A stretch of DNA of 45,281 bases, from IMG/VR virus record IMGVR_UViG_3300017783_000051, positions 1 through 45,281 of that record; one strand, written 5' to 3'. This DNA is from a virus. Lineage: Duplodnaviria; Caudoviricetes. Shown piece after piece: positions 18,601 through 26,700 of this stretch (positions within the stretch are counted from its first letter, which is position 1; each line of letters opens with the position of its first letter). Under the pieces are notes generated by a model that made no database searches, was not told the origin of the DNA, and saw only the letters and a program-made list of their open reading frames with translations. Made by a program: the position numbers and the translations under genes.

Positions 18601-18756
18601 AACACGAGGCAGAGCAGTGTTAGCATCTAACTGTGCCCTGATAATTTCCTTCTCGGCAGAACCCGTGCCTGATCGGATAGTAATTTCATCGTCGCCAATA
18701 AGGCGTGGTTTAGAACCCCTTACAAATTCCTTGTCAGAATTGATATTAAAACTCAT
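9652..18756 (-). CDS. Giant tail fibre/tailspike-like virion protein (3034 aa)
   Basis: Contains GxGY..P.V beta-repeats, a beta-helix entry motif (VYVS...GSDLNDG.S...P.RTIKRA), helical C-x-R/Q-D...GGN repeats, LDADLLDG fibre repeats, VGIN...P...LDVNG repeats and the C-terminal GPITIASGKTVTISSGGVWNIL. Confidence 0.8.
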   Translation of the reverse strand: MSFNINSDKEFVRGSKPRLIGDDEITIRSGTGSAEKEIIRAQLDANTALPRVGINRTGERVNAITILSGGTGYTTEPSVAIDPPPAGGVQALASAFIFNGQVVNIAINNPGSGYTTAPGVTITGGNGGGASAESVLDTVDFELDINGAIRTSTSIISDTARILNLDIENFITPDTNFRAPNLKTFMNNTGTEWGANVIVQKDSYRYFGANVYQAINAGQTGPEAPDHKDGIVLNGEVQFKHIGFRANDTNAFGYNDTGIAGVFPRSITPLLGDRSDKIATTEYVLNLATNDVGGRVYVSAQIGSDLNDGRSAVNPVRTIKRAAQIAWATVGVKETLIVSGGDYVEDNPISLPPDASVVGDNLRLVIIRPANPGKHIFKFGDKNYVTGVTYRDQVDSIGDAVATWDFAMVFDDKQRIIIDNEVNGDFGVNFPIGHQIFGPDQFRVNFQENTGLSALTGGLEVIGINTGARAKLINVDFDQTVGVGSFLTGNVDVQLTSGSFLEGESFNYLVTGSQGASLAITITETVGENTFRTTTDPDTLIPPGTYIFLDDTDDSSFSQGFYEVKSIDDDNSPTYWDVEVVPILNSPSWDSTQTETIDIFAGNVTVNSFDTTTLKSIRAEGEVVSYDEDITSSVPIQRLDFSLQGDPSIATGGFQNGQFGNSEDLGGVVFYTNELVGRSNIHDFKNGQEILIEGLPTSSPDLSVLNGKQRIYKVLEDADGRSRRFVIPKKLPAITDANFDPGTVATAKSFSKAITLSLLNSPNTFKLSTPVERRFQDACVFLRNNREFIADEVVGQINEEFKTDHYRVYDISGNDFKIFLGTLDHANAYDNTNPTGTVTFGGTSYNIADFVYDHAVTGVATVTTGTVIPSLADDDVVKLAGLEISCSAGTKIYPSYSSPTSGSNTGTDGDDQCRQDVIHFVNAIVRDLEFGSNHNVIDAAKKYIVNDKIAFIEDEIVQNVRAVEYARRLCVLAMRNWRTDDGTTNNPIYVPRYSSVPRYFDDTVITTTAGTPACADVKSAIDTLAFLWGDVITNNQSGTYLDGAYLIARNADLIADQAYEDTEVNFPEINNSSVNERKCTRDTKLVLKGLVKDLVLGGNNGIVDAAESYFSGGTLTGVPVSEIPYVRYAYDRAKLYCKHAAKNWSLGGSQGGGVFNRTVSNATYDPVGGQLIIQMPDSSIPAGFGQNASSRVAFQLGGLVFNCSHGGGGDDAVPKIFDSNVGQSFAIISSTSSAGITSIEVNVGAAGSNTDTHLFVSGSALLINDYVAMSSPIPKFEDWSILVDDGAGATCANVDASIDTSFGLLDSILEYSVDVVNGTEPGSTTKTFGTLFDPNDILTYPDNFITDQSDTRMAVRADFDDYPIIEASPYTQNASVISFLGGSGALVDGSKVKQPNCPFPGLELDGTASFPNQGKSMVAAAFTIVSFAGTGYKVINDGYTQLVSVFVIFCSDGVLAESGGYASITNSATNFGIYALRGIGYREECYSFDQGIISNVSSTPTGRTILTVTGLGREPLEHYVVKVDGFRNTNTDIEFFVDAVGSVTVGPPFSAQLTIDNGTGDTLDLTNISTGSVTSPGSLQGETIKLHRPSIVNSSSHTWEFAGSGTNYLALPENGGTKVEAHEQVSEQYGRVYVSGTDELGDFKVGTFARIENRTGAITFTGTVTISEVEFLKLKGGDVVVTGFDASNTLGGAQSTDSKLPTQKAVKDYITNNLGPYINKPFSTNAIPRNLVELTDSGKISVDQIPALRPFEVFTVANSTERLALEGALAGDIAIEQDTSTSFILNNDLDSQFLSFGIDTTLQFTIGDIFTGSITNGRLQATEYRQGVVFQINITNGGSGYATPPTVTLTGGTPQSGSVEAKATAIIANGEVVAVDLIVFNGFKGGKGYTIPPNVDIAAPAGSGVAATANSLIESRLYGDIVNRIKLEDNDFIESSDTPAVDINITRVVNTSSSNSLNWVSLSSNQIAANQIVSGTIETDRLASGGSANSFTFLRGDQNFALAVQSVKGAEKRYFAKLTSTCNSGSSSMVFATLADALVGHEVKNNVSGIQPNTNIQGVLTTGGSTTIQLNNPVVSTIAAGTVIEFERGESPVIFESTFTRGNFVEDAIISNGGTGFTNGQYFDQDIIGGTGTEGKMNLVISGGTITEITVTDGGSGYDADFTMTVPPTAIGGGSGLVLLVKISTVNKQFANVSLDVQRVSDLTISSDLYGTIGVARFKKSQFIVGQNGNGSVELDVGADSGLDADLLDGQQGEYYTNATNLFTGTIPQDRLAGTYNISVSGSSGNTLRLSTGTNNPASNPSPDNFQGGVVSNTVNNSANGLNDGGTKNMTLTFRAGGSSFDASFGGIRQLAFTDNDNMYLRGSGTGVTNFGSWAKIWSSLNDGIGSELDADRLDNKQGIWYQNALNLNYGTISDNRLPEFMSSKVVQDDLTIKAFNGDPKFRIYVSGLILNTTPFTPGSSVNLYDANGQGTGTIAIDNFVINNDPDNSNDFTIIIGRLTTGNFVGAKTIGDAGNRKEFQDFTIEDGNTVQVAKLESDGGTANLRLGRKDSIASSPGVYFNSSVSAANYNVGLVATGGNATDGSGTLNCLVANADGFNINGNVVWNAGNIEFQSTNIADTAVKRDANGDFAAGTITATITGSASLNVLKAGDSMSGSLNITGTGSTLTVSGDANFSSKATVTDDFTVDTDTLLVDVSNDAVGINVGTTLTAGIGLDVLGGAIAALRLSGPANATGHQLLLDGSRDAYYDNANHAMMFISSGTQSSTHPGEGAHWIFNGRADNRDFIFRNNSSNKLTIQGDGGLKIENSGTNYAIEADKKVLFREGVFLDSGNDNSGTFVTMFGALNYRNFRISAQTTGNDLFAIQASDSDGNNDWNTTPAIQIKGDTNAVAINTTAHSGTDPDDGTTVRQYKLNVQGDVNFNGQLFQNNAEFVTSRWTEASNATDIFRLSKVGINQADPDYTLDVNGEANIRGITRVNQDAQYLDSYGVIKRNRNSIAEDITIGGSDNAASYGPITIASGKTVTISSGGVWNIL

Positions 18757-18793
18757 GGTGCCTGCTTCGCTAACGCCTAGTTATTCCTTTTTA

Positions 18794-18801
18794 TATTTAG
18801 C
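18794..18801 (-). promoter_or_regulatory. Late promoter variant GCTAAATA
   Basis: Plus-strand TATTTAGC in the intergenic gap before the 3034-aa gene. Confidence 0.6.
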
Positions 18802-18803
18802 AA

Positions 18804-19304
18804 TTACTGCCAATCAATAGATACAACTTGCGTAGATACTACCCATTTAATAATATTAGTTGTACCAGCTCTTGTAGTAGAATAACTAAAACGACCTGTT
18901 GCTCCTAAAGGTACAATATCCCATGTTTGTCCTGCGGGAATATCATCCTTAATTACCGTTGTCATACTAGAGAGAACAGAAACTAAACTTGCAGAATCTG
19001 AAAAAGCACAAGATTCAATCTTGGCAGCATAAACTACACCAGTTGGATTGACAGCAACAACATGTCCAGTGATGAAATTTAGAGTATTAGCTCCAATAAC
19101 AATCTGTGTCCCAACATTATCTAACTGTAGTACAGCAGTGTTAAGACCTCTAAGAATATAATTTGTTGTGCTACTATCTGTAAACTCAGAGTTTTTAATC
19201 TCCAAACTGTTTAAATCTTTTGCGTTCCTAAGTTCATCTACTACCGTGGTTTTATCAATAGAAAATCCACCAGTAGAATCAAACTTTTCTAATTCAGTTG
19301 CCAT
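18804..19304 (-). CDS. Hypothetical virion structural protein (166 aa)
   Basis: Beta-rich ORF tightly packed between two fibre-like genes, with a 1-nt gap to the upstream stop. Confidence 0.7.
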   Translation of the reverse strand: MATELEKFDSTGGFSIDKTTVVDELRNAKDLNSLEIKNSEFTDSSTTNYILRGLNTAVLQLDNVGTQIVIGANTLNFITGHVVAVNPTGVVYAAKIESCAFSDSASLVSVLSSMTTVIKDDIPAGQTWDIVPLGATGRFSYSTTRAGTTNIIKWVVSTQVVSIDWQ

Positions 19305-19305
19305 T

Positions 19306-22300
19306 TTACTTCTTAGTGATTTGGGAGGTTAGGGTGATGTTGACAGATTGTGTATTTCCAATTCCAGCACCAAGTTCAATATTAATGCGAACTTTATTAT
19401 CGCCAGTCACTTCAAAAGTTGGAATAACAAGTTGTTGACCAGTTCTTAGGTTGCCATACTCTGTATGAAAAACGTCTGTTCCATTATCTATAATACCAAA
19501 CTCAATGAATTCTTTTTCACCTGTTGTTGGATTATGTGCAGTAATTACTGTTTTTGATCCAACTTCAATAGATGGATCGTATACAATAATACCACCAGTA
19601 TTTGTTGTTCCTTTCAGTAAGGTTAAATCTTCTGTTCTGATTAGTAAGTCTTGAAGTTCAAACTCCTTCAACTCTCCATCAAAAATTTTAACTCCAGTAA
19701 ATGCTCCAGTTCCAAATGTAGTATTAAAGAATACATCTCCTTGATTATCAAGTCTCAATACTGGTTCAACATATAAACCAGAAGAAAGACCTAGATCAAA
19801 GTATTGTTTTGCGGAATGTAAGAATGTAGTTGTAGCAGAAGTATTATCTAATGTTGTAGATGCTGCATCAAATGTAATTAGAGATGCTGTTACCTCTAAT
19901 TCATCAGATGTCATTGATCTGATAGTATCTACAGTATAGAAATCAAGAGCAGTTGTAGTTAACTGAGCACTATTATTTCCATCGTTATAGAAATATAAAA
20001 TATTCTCATTAGAACCAGGTGCAGTTTCTGGAATGATGTAAGTATTCTGGTCAACGTCTTTGACGCCACCAAGAGAACCCCAGTTAGCTCCGTCATAACC
20101 TTCAAACTGACTAGAGGTAGTGCTGAATCTAATACCACCCTGAACTGCAGATCCTCTGTCTCCATCACCACCAACTGGAATTGTTAATGTAGTGCTACAA
20201 TTTACATCTAATCTTTTACCAGCATTAGGTTGTAAGACCAGATCACTAATATCTGTAGAGACCTTATTACCAAGAAATCTCAAATCACCACTAATAACAA
20301 GAGGTGTAGATCCTAGTGGAGAAATTCTAACTTCTTCAACTTCTTCAAATGTGATTGGAGCTACTGCAGAAGTAAACCACTCAAGTTGTGCAGTATTATT
20401 TACTACAGTTCCTGATGTATGTGTTGGTTCATTACCACTAGTAGAAGTAGTACCAGATCCACCAACAGGAACAACGTAAATGTTATTTCTCCACTTAACG
20501 TAATCTCCATCAGCAACAGGTGCATTAGCAATAAATTCTGTGTATGTTGGAGCAGTTGCGTTTACAGATCTAATTTTCTTTACATTTACATATTCATGCC
20601 AAGAGGGAGTGAATCTTTGTGTAACAACATTATCATTAACAAAATGTAATGTGTTGTCATTCGCACCTACAGTTAGTTCTGCTAGAATAAATGTATTACC
20701 ATCTAGGTCACGAACACCACCAAGAGAAGACCAAGAAGAAGAATTAGAACTATAACCTTCATATTGATTTGTATCACTGTTAAATCTAATAGATCCATCT
20801 GCTGCTAAACCAGTAGGTCTTTCTGCAGAAGTACCAACTGGAAGCACAAGTGCAGTGCTTGTGTTTACCTTCGCAAGTCTTCCAGCAAAAGGTGTTAAAT
20901 CTAAATCATAGTTGTTGAGAGATTCAATAGAAGCATCTTCAATTTTTAATGAATCGTTTGAATTGAATATAGTAGTTGTTTTTATCTCACCAGTAGTAAA
21001 GAAATTACCCGAAGTTCTAGCAACAGTAGCTACTGTGCCAAGTGTTACATCACCAGTTAGATTAATATTAGATCCTACGACAACATCTAAATCAGAAGAT
21101 GAATTAACTCGCGATAATGAAATTATATCACTTGTAATATTTGGAGCACTTAATAAAGTTGGTACATTAGCATTAGTAATAGTTGCTGCTGGAGATACGA
21201 GATCGTTACAATTAATTTTTCCAGTTTCAACATCAAACTTAACTACATCTGAAACTGTAATGTTTACAAGTTCTGCTTGGAATCCACTACCAAATACTCT
21301 TGGATTATTAGCATCAACTGTAATGACTGCTTCATCGCCATCTTCACCAGCCATTTCAGGATGATTGGCACAATAATAATACAGTGGGTTTGGTGTATTT
21401 TCTGTAATTTTAATTTCAATGGTTGTTGCACTTACGCTAACACCATCGTTATATTCTACTCCAGAAAAAGCAATACTAATTGCTCCAGTTGCAGTTGGAG
21501 CAGGTGATACACGAACTGTGGTAGCATTAACAATTTCTGTTACCAGAGTATCTTCTCCCAATTGACCAGGATCATTTCCTGTCTCCTCTACTTTCATTCC
21601 TACTTGAATACCAGTAGTGCTGGTCACATTAATAGTATCAGCTGCAGCAGTGACCGTAGTTGTAAAAGGACTAGTAATATTATGAATTCCATCAGGAAAT
21701 GCACTGAACTTCAATGAGTGACTGGTCATTGAAGCATCAAGATTAAACTTATATTTTTCTCCAACGTAGAAAGTAAAATCTGGATGTAAATTATAAGTAC
21801 CAGGAACGTTTTCTATGTAATACTTTCCACCAGGTGGTCTAGCAACTGCAATAGTATATGTTGTAGTAGTTCCAACTTCTCTAATATCATCTGCGTCAGA
21901 GAAAGATGCACCGTTTAATAAAACATAATCAATATTACCACCAGTAGATTTAACAAAAGCTACTTCAAAAGATACACTACCTTCTCCACCACCATCAATC
22001 TCCCAACTATCACCAACAGTAAACACAGAAGACGAAACAGTTCCTGTAAATGTTAATTTTTGAAGACCTTCAGATTTGATATTATATTCAATAGGGTTAA
22101 TTAGATCCGATGGATTTACAGTAAGTACATCACCAATTACATAACCAGTACCACCATCTATAATTGATAAAGTTTCTACTGCTCCAGTAGCACCAACAGT
22201 GTAAGTAAATGCTGTTGTTCCAACGCCCCAACTAGGAGTGAATGTTAAGTTTGCTTGGTAGAAAGAAGATACTGGTGCAGAAGCTAGTTCAATTTGAGTA

Positions 22301-23550
22301 GCATTTGGAACAGCAGTAATTGTAATATCATCAGCTGAAGTAGTATTTGATCCTGTAACAATCATTCCAGCAACTAAGTTTGCTGTACCACCAGGAATAG
22401 TAAGAATAGTTGGTGTAGCACTAGAGTATGTAATGTCTGCAGTACCAGATACACTAGCTGCTGTATCTACTTCAATTTCAGTGCCACTTGTAATACTAAC
22501 TACAAGAACAGTAGATCCAACTGGAAATTCTCCAACAGATCCACCTTGATCAACAGCAAGAATCATTCCAGGAATGACTGCATTGGTTGATGAAGGTAAT
22601 GTTACTGTCGTGCTTCCAGCAGTTAGGACAGAACCAGATGTGATATGTGTACCTGGGAGATCAACACCATTAGCAGTTTGTGTTACTGGTAGTGTTAAAA
22701 CATCACCTGTGGTATAATCTGGTCCCTTTGTAATGCCATCAAATGTAAATGCACCAGCATCTGCAGTAACTTCAATCTCAAATCCAGTACCACCACCACC
22801 GCCAAGCAGTCCATCTGCTACCGTTAAAATATCTCCTTCTTCGTACTGGTTATTACCATTGGAGGAAATTGAAACATTGGTAATAGATGTTCCTGTAACT
22901 TCAACAATTGCAGTAGCACTGGAACCATTACCAGATCCACTTACATTTGTTAATGCAACACCAGAATAGAATCCATCTGCATATCCAGTACCACCTTGAC
23001 TGACAAGAACTTCTAGTCCAGAAACAGTAAAATCTACCGCTGCGTCTGAACCAGTACCACCAACTAAAGAAACACCCGTGAACGAACCACTAAGATAACC
23101 AGCACCAGTTCCTGGTGTACCTCTAAAATAATCGATTTCAAATGTACCTACACCATTAGCACCAGATCCACCTAATAAAGGGACACCTACAAATGTTCCA
23201 AATTCATATCCAGAACCACGATTTATATCAATTCCACCACCAGTTGGAATAGATCTTCTTCTAACAATTTGATCTTTGTACAAGAGGAATTGAGTTTCCT
23301 CAATATCTAAAATATTTTTACCCCCTGAAACAAATCCAATAGTATTTGAAGTTGGTCTGTATAGACCCAAAGAAGGTTCATTATTAAATGCTAACGCTGG
23401 TAATGGTTTTGTACCATCACCTAATTTCAAAATACCAGTAGATAGATCACTACCACCTGCGGTAACATTAAAAATTGCTGACGCAATTTCATTAATTTTT
23501 ACTCTTTGAGATTCAAAGGTATCAGTTTTTGCGACGTTAATTGCTGGCAT
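19306..23550 (-). CDS. Large fibre-like virion structural protein (1414 aa) with a cupredoxin-like domain
   Basis: N-terminal NVAKTDTFESQRVKINEI motif typical of cyanophage fibre proteins, GxGY repeats, H...YYCANHPEM, and a duplicated LP.G....R....G.IRF......EGY...W.SLGGV.D.D.NT module. Confidence 0.78.
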   Translation of the reverse strand: MPAINVAKTDTFESQRVKINEIASAIFNVTAGGSDLSTGILKLGDGTKPLPALAFNNEPSLGLYRPTSNTIGFVSGGKNILDIEETQFLLYKDQIVRRRSIPTGGGIDINRGSGYEFGTFVGVPLLGGSGANGVGTFEIDYFRGTPGTGAGYLSGSFTGVSLVGGTGSDAAVDFTVSGLEVLVSQGGTGYADGFYSGVALTNVSGSGNGSSATAIVEVTGTSITNVSISSNGNNQYEEGDILTVADGLLGGGGGTGFEIEVTADAGAFTFDGITKGPDYTTGDVLTLPVTQTANGVDLPGTHITSGSVLTAGSTTVTLPSSTNAVIPGMILAVDQGGSVGEFPVGSTVLVVSITSGTEIEVDTAASVSGTADITYSSATPTILTIPGGTANLVAGMIVTGSNTTSADDITITAVPNATQIELASAPVSSFYQANLTFTPSWGVGTTAFTYTVGATGAVETLSIIDGGTGYVIGDVLTVNPSDLINPIEYNIKSEGLQKLTFTGTVSSSVFTVGDSWEIDGGGEGSVSFEVAFVKSTGGNIDYVLLNGASFSDADDIREVGTTTTYTIAVARPPGGKYYIENVPGTYNLHPDFTFYVGEKYKFNLDASMTSHSLKFSAFPDGIHNITSPFTTTVTAAADTINVTSTTGIQVGMKVEETGNDPGQLGEDTLVTEIVNATTVRVSPAPTATGAISIAFSGVEYNDGVSVSATTIEIKITENTPNPLYYYCANHPEMAGEDGDEAVITVDANNPRVFGSGFQAELVNITVSDVVKFDVETGKINCNDLVSPAATITNANVPTLLSAPNITSDIISLSRVNSSSDLDVVVGSNINLTGDVTLGTVATVARTSGNFFTTGEIKTTTIFNSNDSLKIEDASIESLNNYDLDLTPFAGRLAKVNTSTALVLPVGTSAERPTGLAADGSIRFNSDTNQYEGYSSNSSSWSSLGGVRDLDGNTFILAELTVGANDNTLHFVNDNVVTQRFTPSWHEYVNVKKIRSVNATAPTYTEFIANAPVADGDYVKWRNNIYVVPVGGSGTTSTSGNEPTHTSGTVVNNTAQLEWFTSAVAPITFEEVEEVRISPLGSTPLVISGDLRFLGNKVSTDISDLVLQPNAGKRLDVNCSTTLTIPVGGDGDRGSAVQGGIRFSTTSSQFEGYDGANWGSLGGVKDVDQNTYIIPETAPGSNENILYFYNDGNNSAQLTTTALDFYTVDTIRSMTSDELEVTASLITFDAASTTLDNTSATTTFLHSAKQYFDLGLSSGLYVEPVLRLDNQGDVFFNTTFGTGAFTGVKIFDGELKEFELQDLLIRTEDLTLLKGTTNTGGIIVYDPSIEVGSKTVITAHNPTTGEKEFIEFGIIDNGTDVFHTEYGNLRTGQQLVIPTFEVTGDNKVRINIELGAGIGNTQSVNITLTSQITKK

Positions 23551-23743
23551 TTTTTGCTAACTCTCGAAGTAGTGATTTGATTTCAGAGATTTCATTCTTC
23601 AACATATTTATGTCGTCCAACGCGGAACTCAACTGTTTTGACTTTCTCCTTGCAGATATTGCAGAATCGTTCAAATTGATGATGGCACCTGTGTTTTTGT
23701 CTCTTACGAGACCATCGTGCCCTTCTACTTTAATGTGGTCCAT
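23537..23743 (-). CDS. Small conserved hypothetical protein with C-terminal coiled coil
   Basis: KVEGHDGLVRDKNTGAIIN followed by a heptad repeat; same strand and packing as its neighbours. Confidence 0.75.
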   Translation of the reverse strand: MDHIKVEGHDGLVRDKNTGAIINLNDSAISARRKSKQLSSALDDINMLKNEISEIKSLLRELAKNASN

Positions 23744-23752
23744 ACGCGGAAA

Positions 23753-26700
23753 TTAGAATGCTGCTACTGCTCGGATGTCCTGAATCTTAGGAACGTATGC
23801 TGGATCTACTCCTTTCATTACAATTTTGATTGCGAATGAAGAATATTCAGGTAGATTTTCTACACTATATTCAAGATCTTGATATGCAGATTGCCTCTCT
23901 ACAATTCCAGAAATAGTATTTTCACTGGTTGCAATTTCAAATACATCGGGTTCTCCTTTTTCATTAAAGTAGATCCAATCGATGTCGTCAAAGTTTTCTT
24001 GACTGGATGCTCTCTTGTACTTGTAATACACTTCAACATTAGAAATGTCCTTAAGATTTGCCAAGAGGTGAACATTAATTGCAGTTGCTGGATTGGAAAT
24101 AGCAACTTCTTTAGTTACATATTTGGCAGCGGCAGATCCATTCTTAGATGTATCTTCAGCAACAAAATCTAAACCATTGGTGTAAGTTACTTTTCCAACC
24201 TCAAGATATGCATTCTCGATATCTGGTTGGTTTGGATACTTAACAAAATCTCCCACACGGAAGATATCTGGTAGTTGATCTGCTGTAACAGCGTTTCTAT
24301 TATAGAAAACATTATCAGTAATCTTATCAGTAAAGCTATTATTGATAGGATGAACATCAACCCTTAGAGTTAATTTCTGTGTTTTACTATTCCAGATAGT
24401 TGCCTTACCTGTAATAACATTGTCGTATGTATCCAACATAATATTTGGATTACGTGCTACAATTGTTGCAGCATCATCAATAGTTGTTAAAACTTGCGAA
24501 GGGGTGGAATCAACTACGACACTAGTTAAAGATAATTGATTTCCTAGAGTTACAGTTTCTCCTTTTTGGAAGAACTGTGATGTTTTGACTCTTACATAAA
24601 CAGTATCTCCATCAACTCTTGCAATAGTTCCAGTAGCTTTAGTAGTTACACCTTTGATAGTTTGATTATCTTGAATTTCAGTAGCATTTTGTCCTGCAAG
24701 TTTAAAAGCATAAACTGGATAGAACTCAATAATCTGATCTCTTCTACCAAATCTATCTTCTTGACCCATAGCATTTTCAATTCTATTACTTACCGTTTTA
24801 ACAGTAGCAGTAGAAAGATCAATCATTGGACTCAAATGAGATACATTGGATGATAGAGACATCTTATATCTTAAGGAATCTGACAAACTATTGAGTGTTT
24901 CATTAATGTCAGAAGCAATCATTTTCTGATTAGTAAAGAAATGCGGTTCATTCAAGAACGTTCTTTCGTAATCATCTTGTGAATATGAAACATAGTTAGT
25001 TGTGCTTGAATCTACTGGTACAACATTTGTAGTTTTGACTTCTGTTGATAAGGTAGTTCCTGTAAACGATAGATAAGAAACTTGTGGATATAGAGTTTCA
25101 AACTTTCTATTGAAAGTAGCATAAACATTATCGCCACCACCAACACCATTTCCAGCAGCTTGTCCAGCAGAGGAAACCGTATATACATCAACACCAGAGT
25201 TACTTACTTTGAATAATGTATTATTAAGGATACTGTCAGTAATACCTCCTGTCTCTCTAGCAGTTCTATAGAAAACATAGGACTTTCCAGTTGTCTCAAA
25301 ACCATTATCTCTATGCTGCACTTTCAAGATAGAGTTGTTATTTCTAAACAACTTAGATGTTGAATTTGTGTTTGCACTAGCATTTGTTTCAAATGGGTTA
25401 TTGTTTAACAACTCATAACCCAAACTAATATTCTTCAATAGAAGTTCTGCAGGTCTTGTAGTATTAAACTCAGCACGATACATAGTAAATTTAAGATCTT
25501 CAAAGATATCTTCAGTCCAACTTTCAGTATTCTGTGAACGATATACAGAACCTAGAGATGGTTGAGTTGTAATGACTGTGCTTGTAGCAATATCAGTTTC
25601 ACCAAGTTTAGAAGACCATAGTTCATAATCAATAGAATCTGTCTCAACTACTAAGGCATACTCTGTATCATTCTGTAAATATACAGGGTGATCGAAAGCA
25701 AAATGTGTTGGTGTAGTAGATTCCGTAGCATCGCCTGAATCGACCGCTACACCCATTCTAACCGCTGGTGTGTCTATCTCGATAAAGGTTTGAATTTCGC
25801 ACCCTCCAGCGCCATTTCCGACGCCTTTGATGACAACTGAAGGTGCCTCTGTATATCCAAAACCAGATAGTGAGATTTCAGCATTGTAAATTCTACCACC
25901 AGACACTTCAATACTTGCAGTAGCATTAGAACCACCAGGAAGTTGAGGACTTTCGATAGTTAAAATTGCACTGTCATAATTTAATCCAGTATTTGTAATT
26001 CTAATATCTGATAGTTTACCACTGTCTTTTGCAACAGCAAGAACAAAATCAGTACCATCAGTTGCATTAGCAAGAGTTACTGATGGAATAATTAGATCTT
26101 CATTTTGGTTGAAGGATCTGCCATTGTGGTTACTAAGAACTACAGTGTAAACTTGTTCATTAGTCAAACTATATCTACCAGATGCAGTAGCTACTAGTTC
26201 TACATTGTTCTTATCAAAGATTTTGAGAATAGGACCAGAAGCAGCAGAAGATGCACCAGTCACACTTTCTCCTTTGAGAACTGACATGTTTCCACTAGCA
26301 AAACACTTGAGGATTGTAGTTGGAGATAAAGTTTTCTCAGAACCAGGAATAATGTTCTTAGCAGGTTTTTCTGCATCGACATTAGTAATATATGTTTTAA
26401 TTGGTACGTTTGTACTCTTTTTGCTAAAGTACAGATCAACACCAGTAATGAAACAACCACCCTCTAGATTTTCAACCTTAAATGTTTGAGCTAGTGGATT
26501 AGGTCTTACTGGATTATCAGTATTACTCTCAATTAACTGTACACCTTCATTTGATTTGAAGATGGATGGTTTTGTAGATACAATGCTTGGTGGATTTTCT
26601 GGTAAGATACCAGTAGCATAATACTTAACTTCAGTGTAAGTATCTACTCCAAGTTTATCTTCATTAGTTGAACTAGAAGTAAATCTGAATGTTAATGTAC

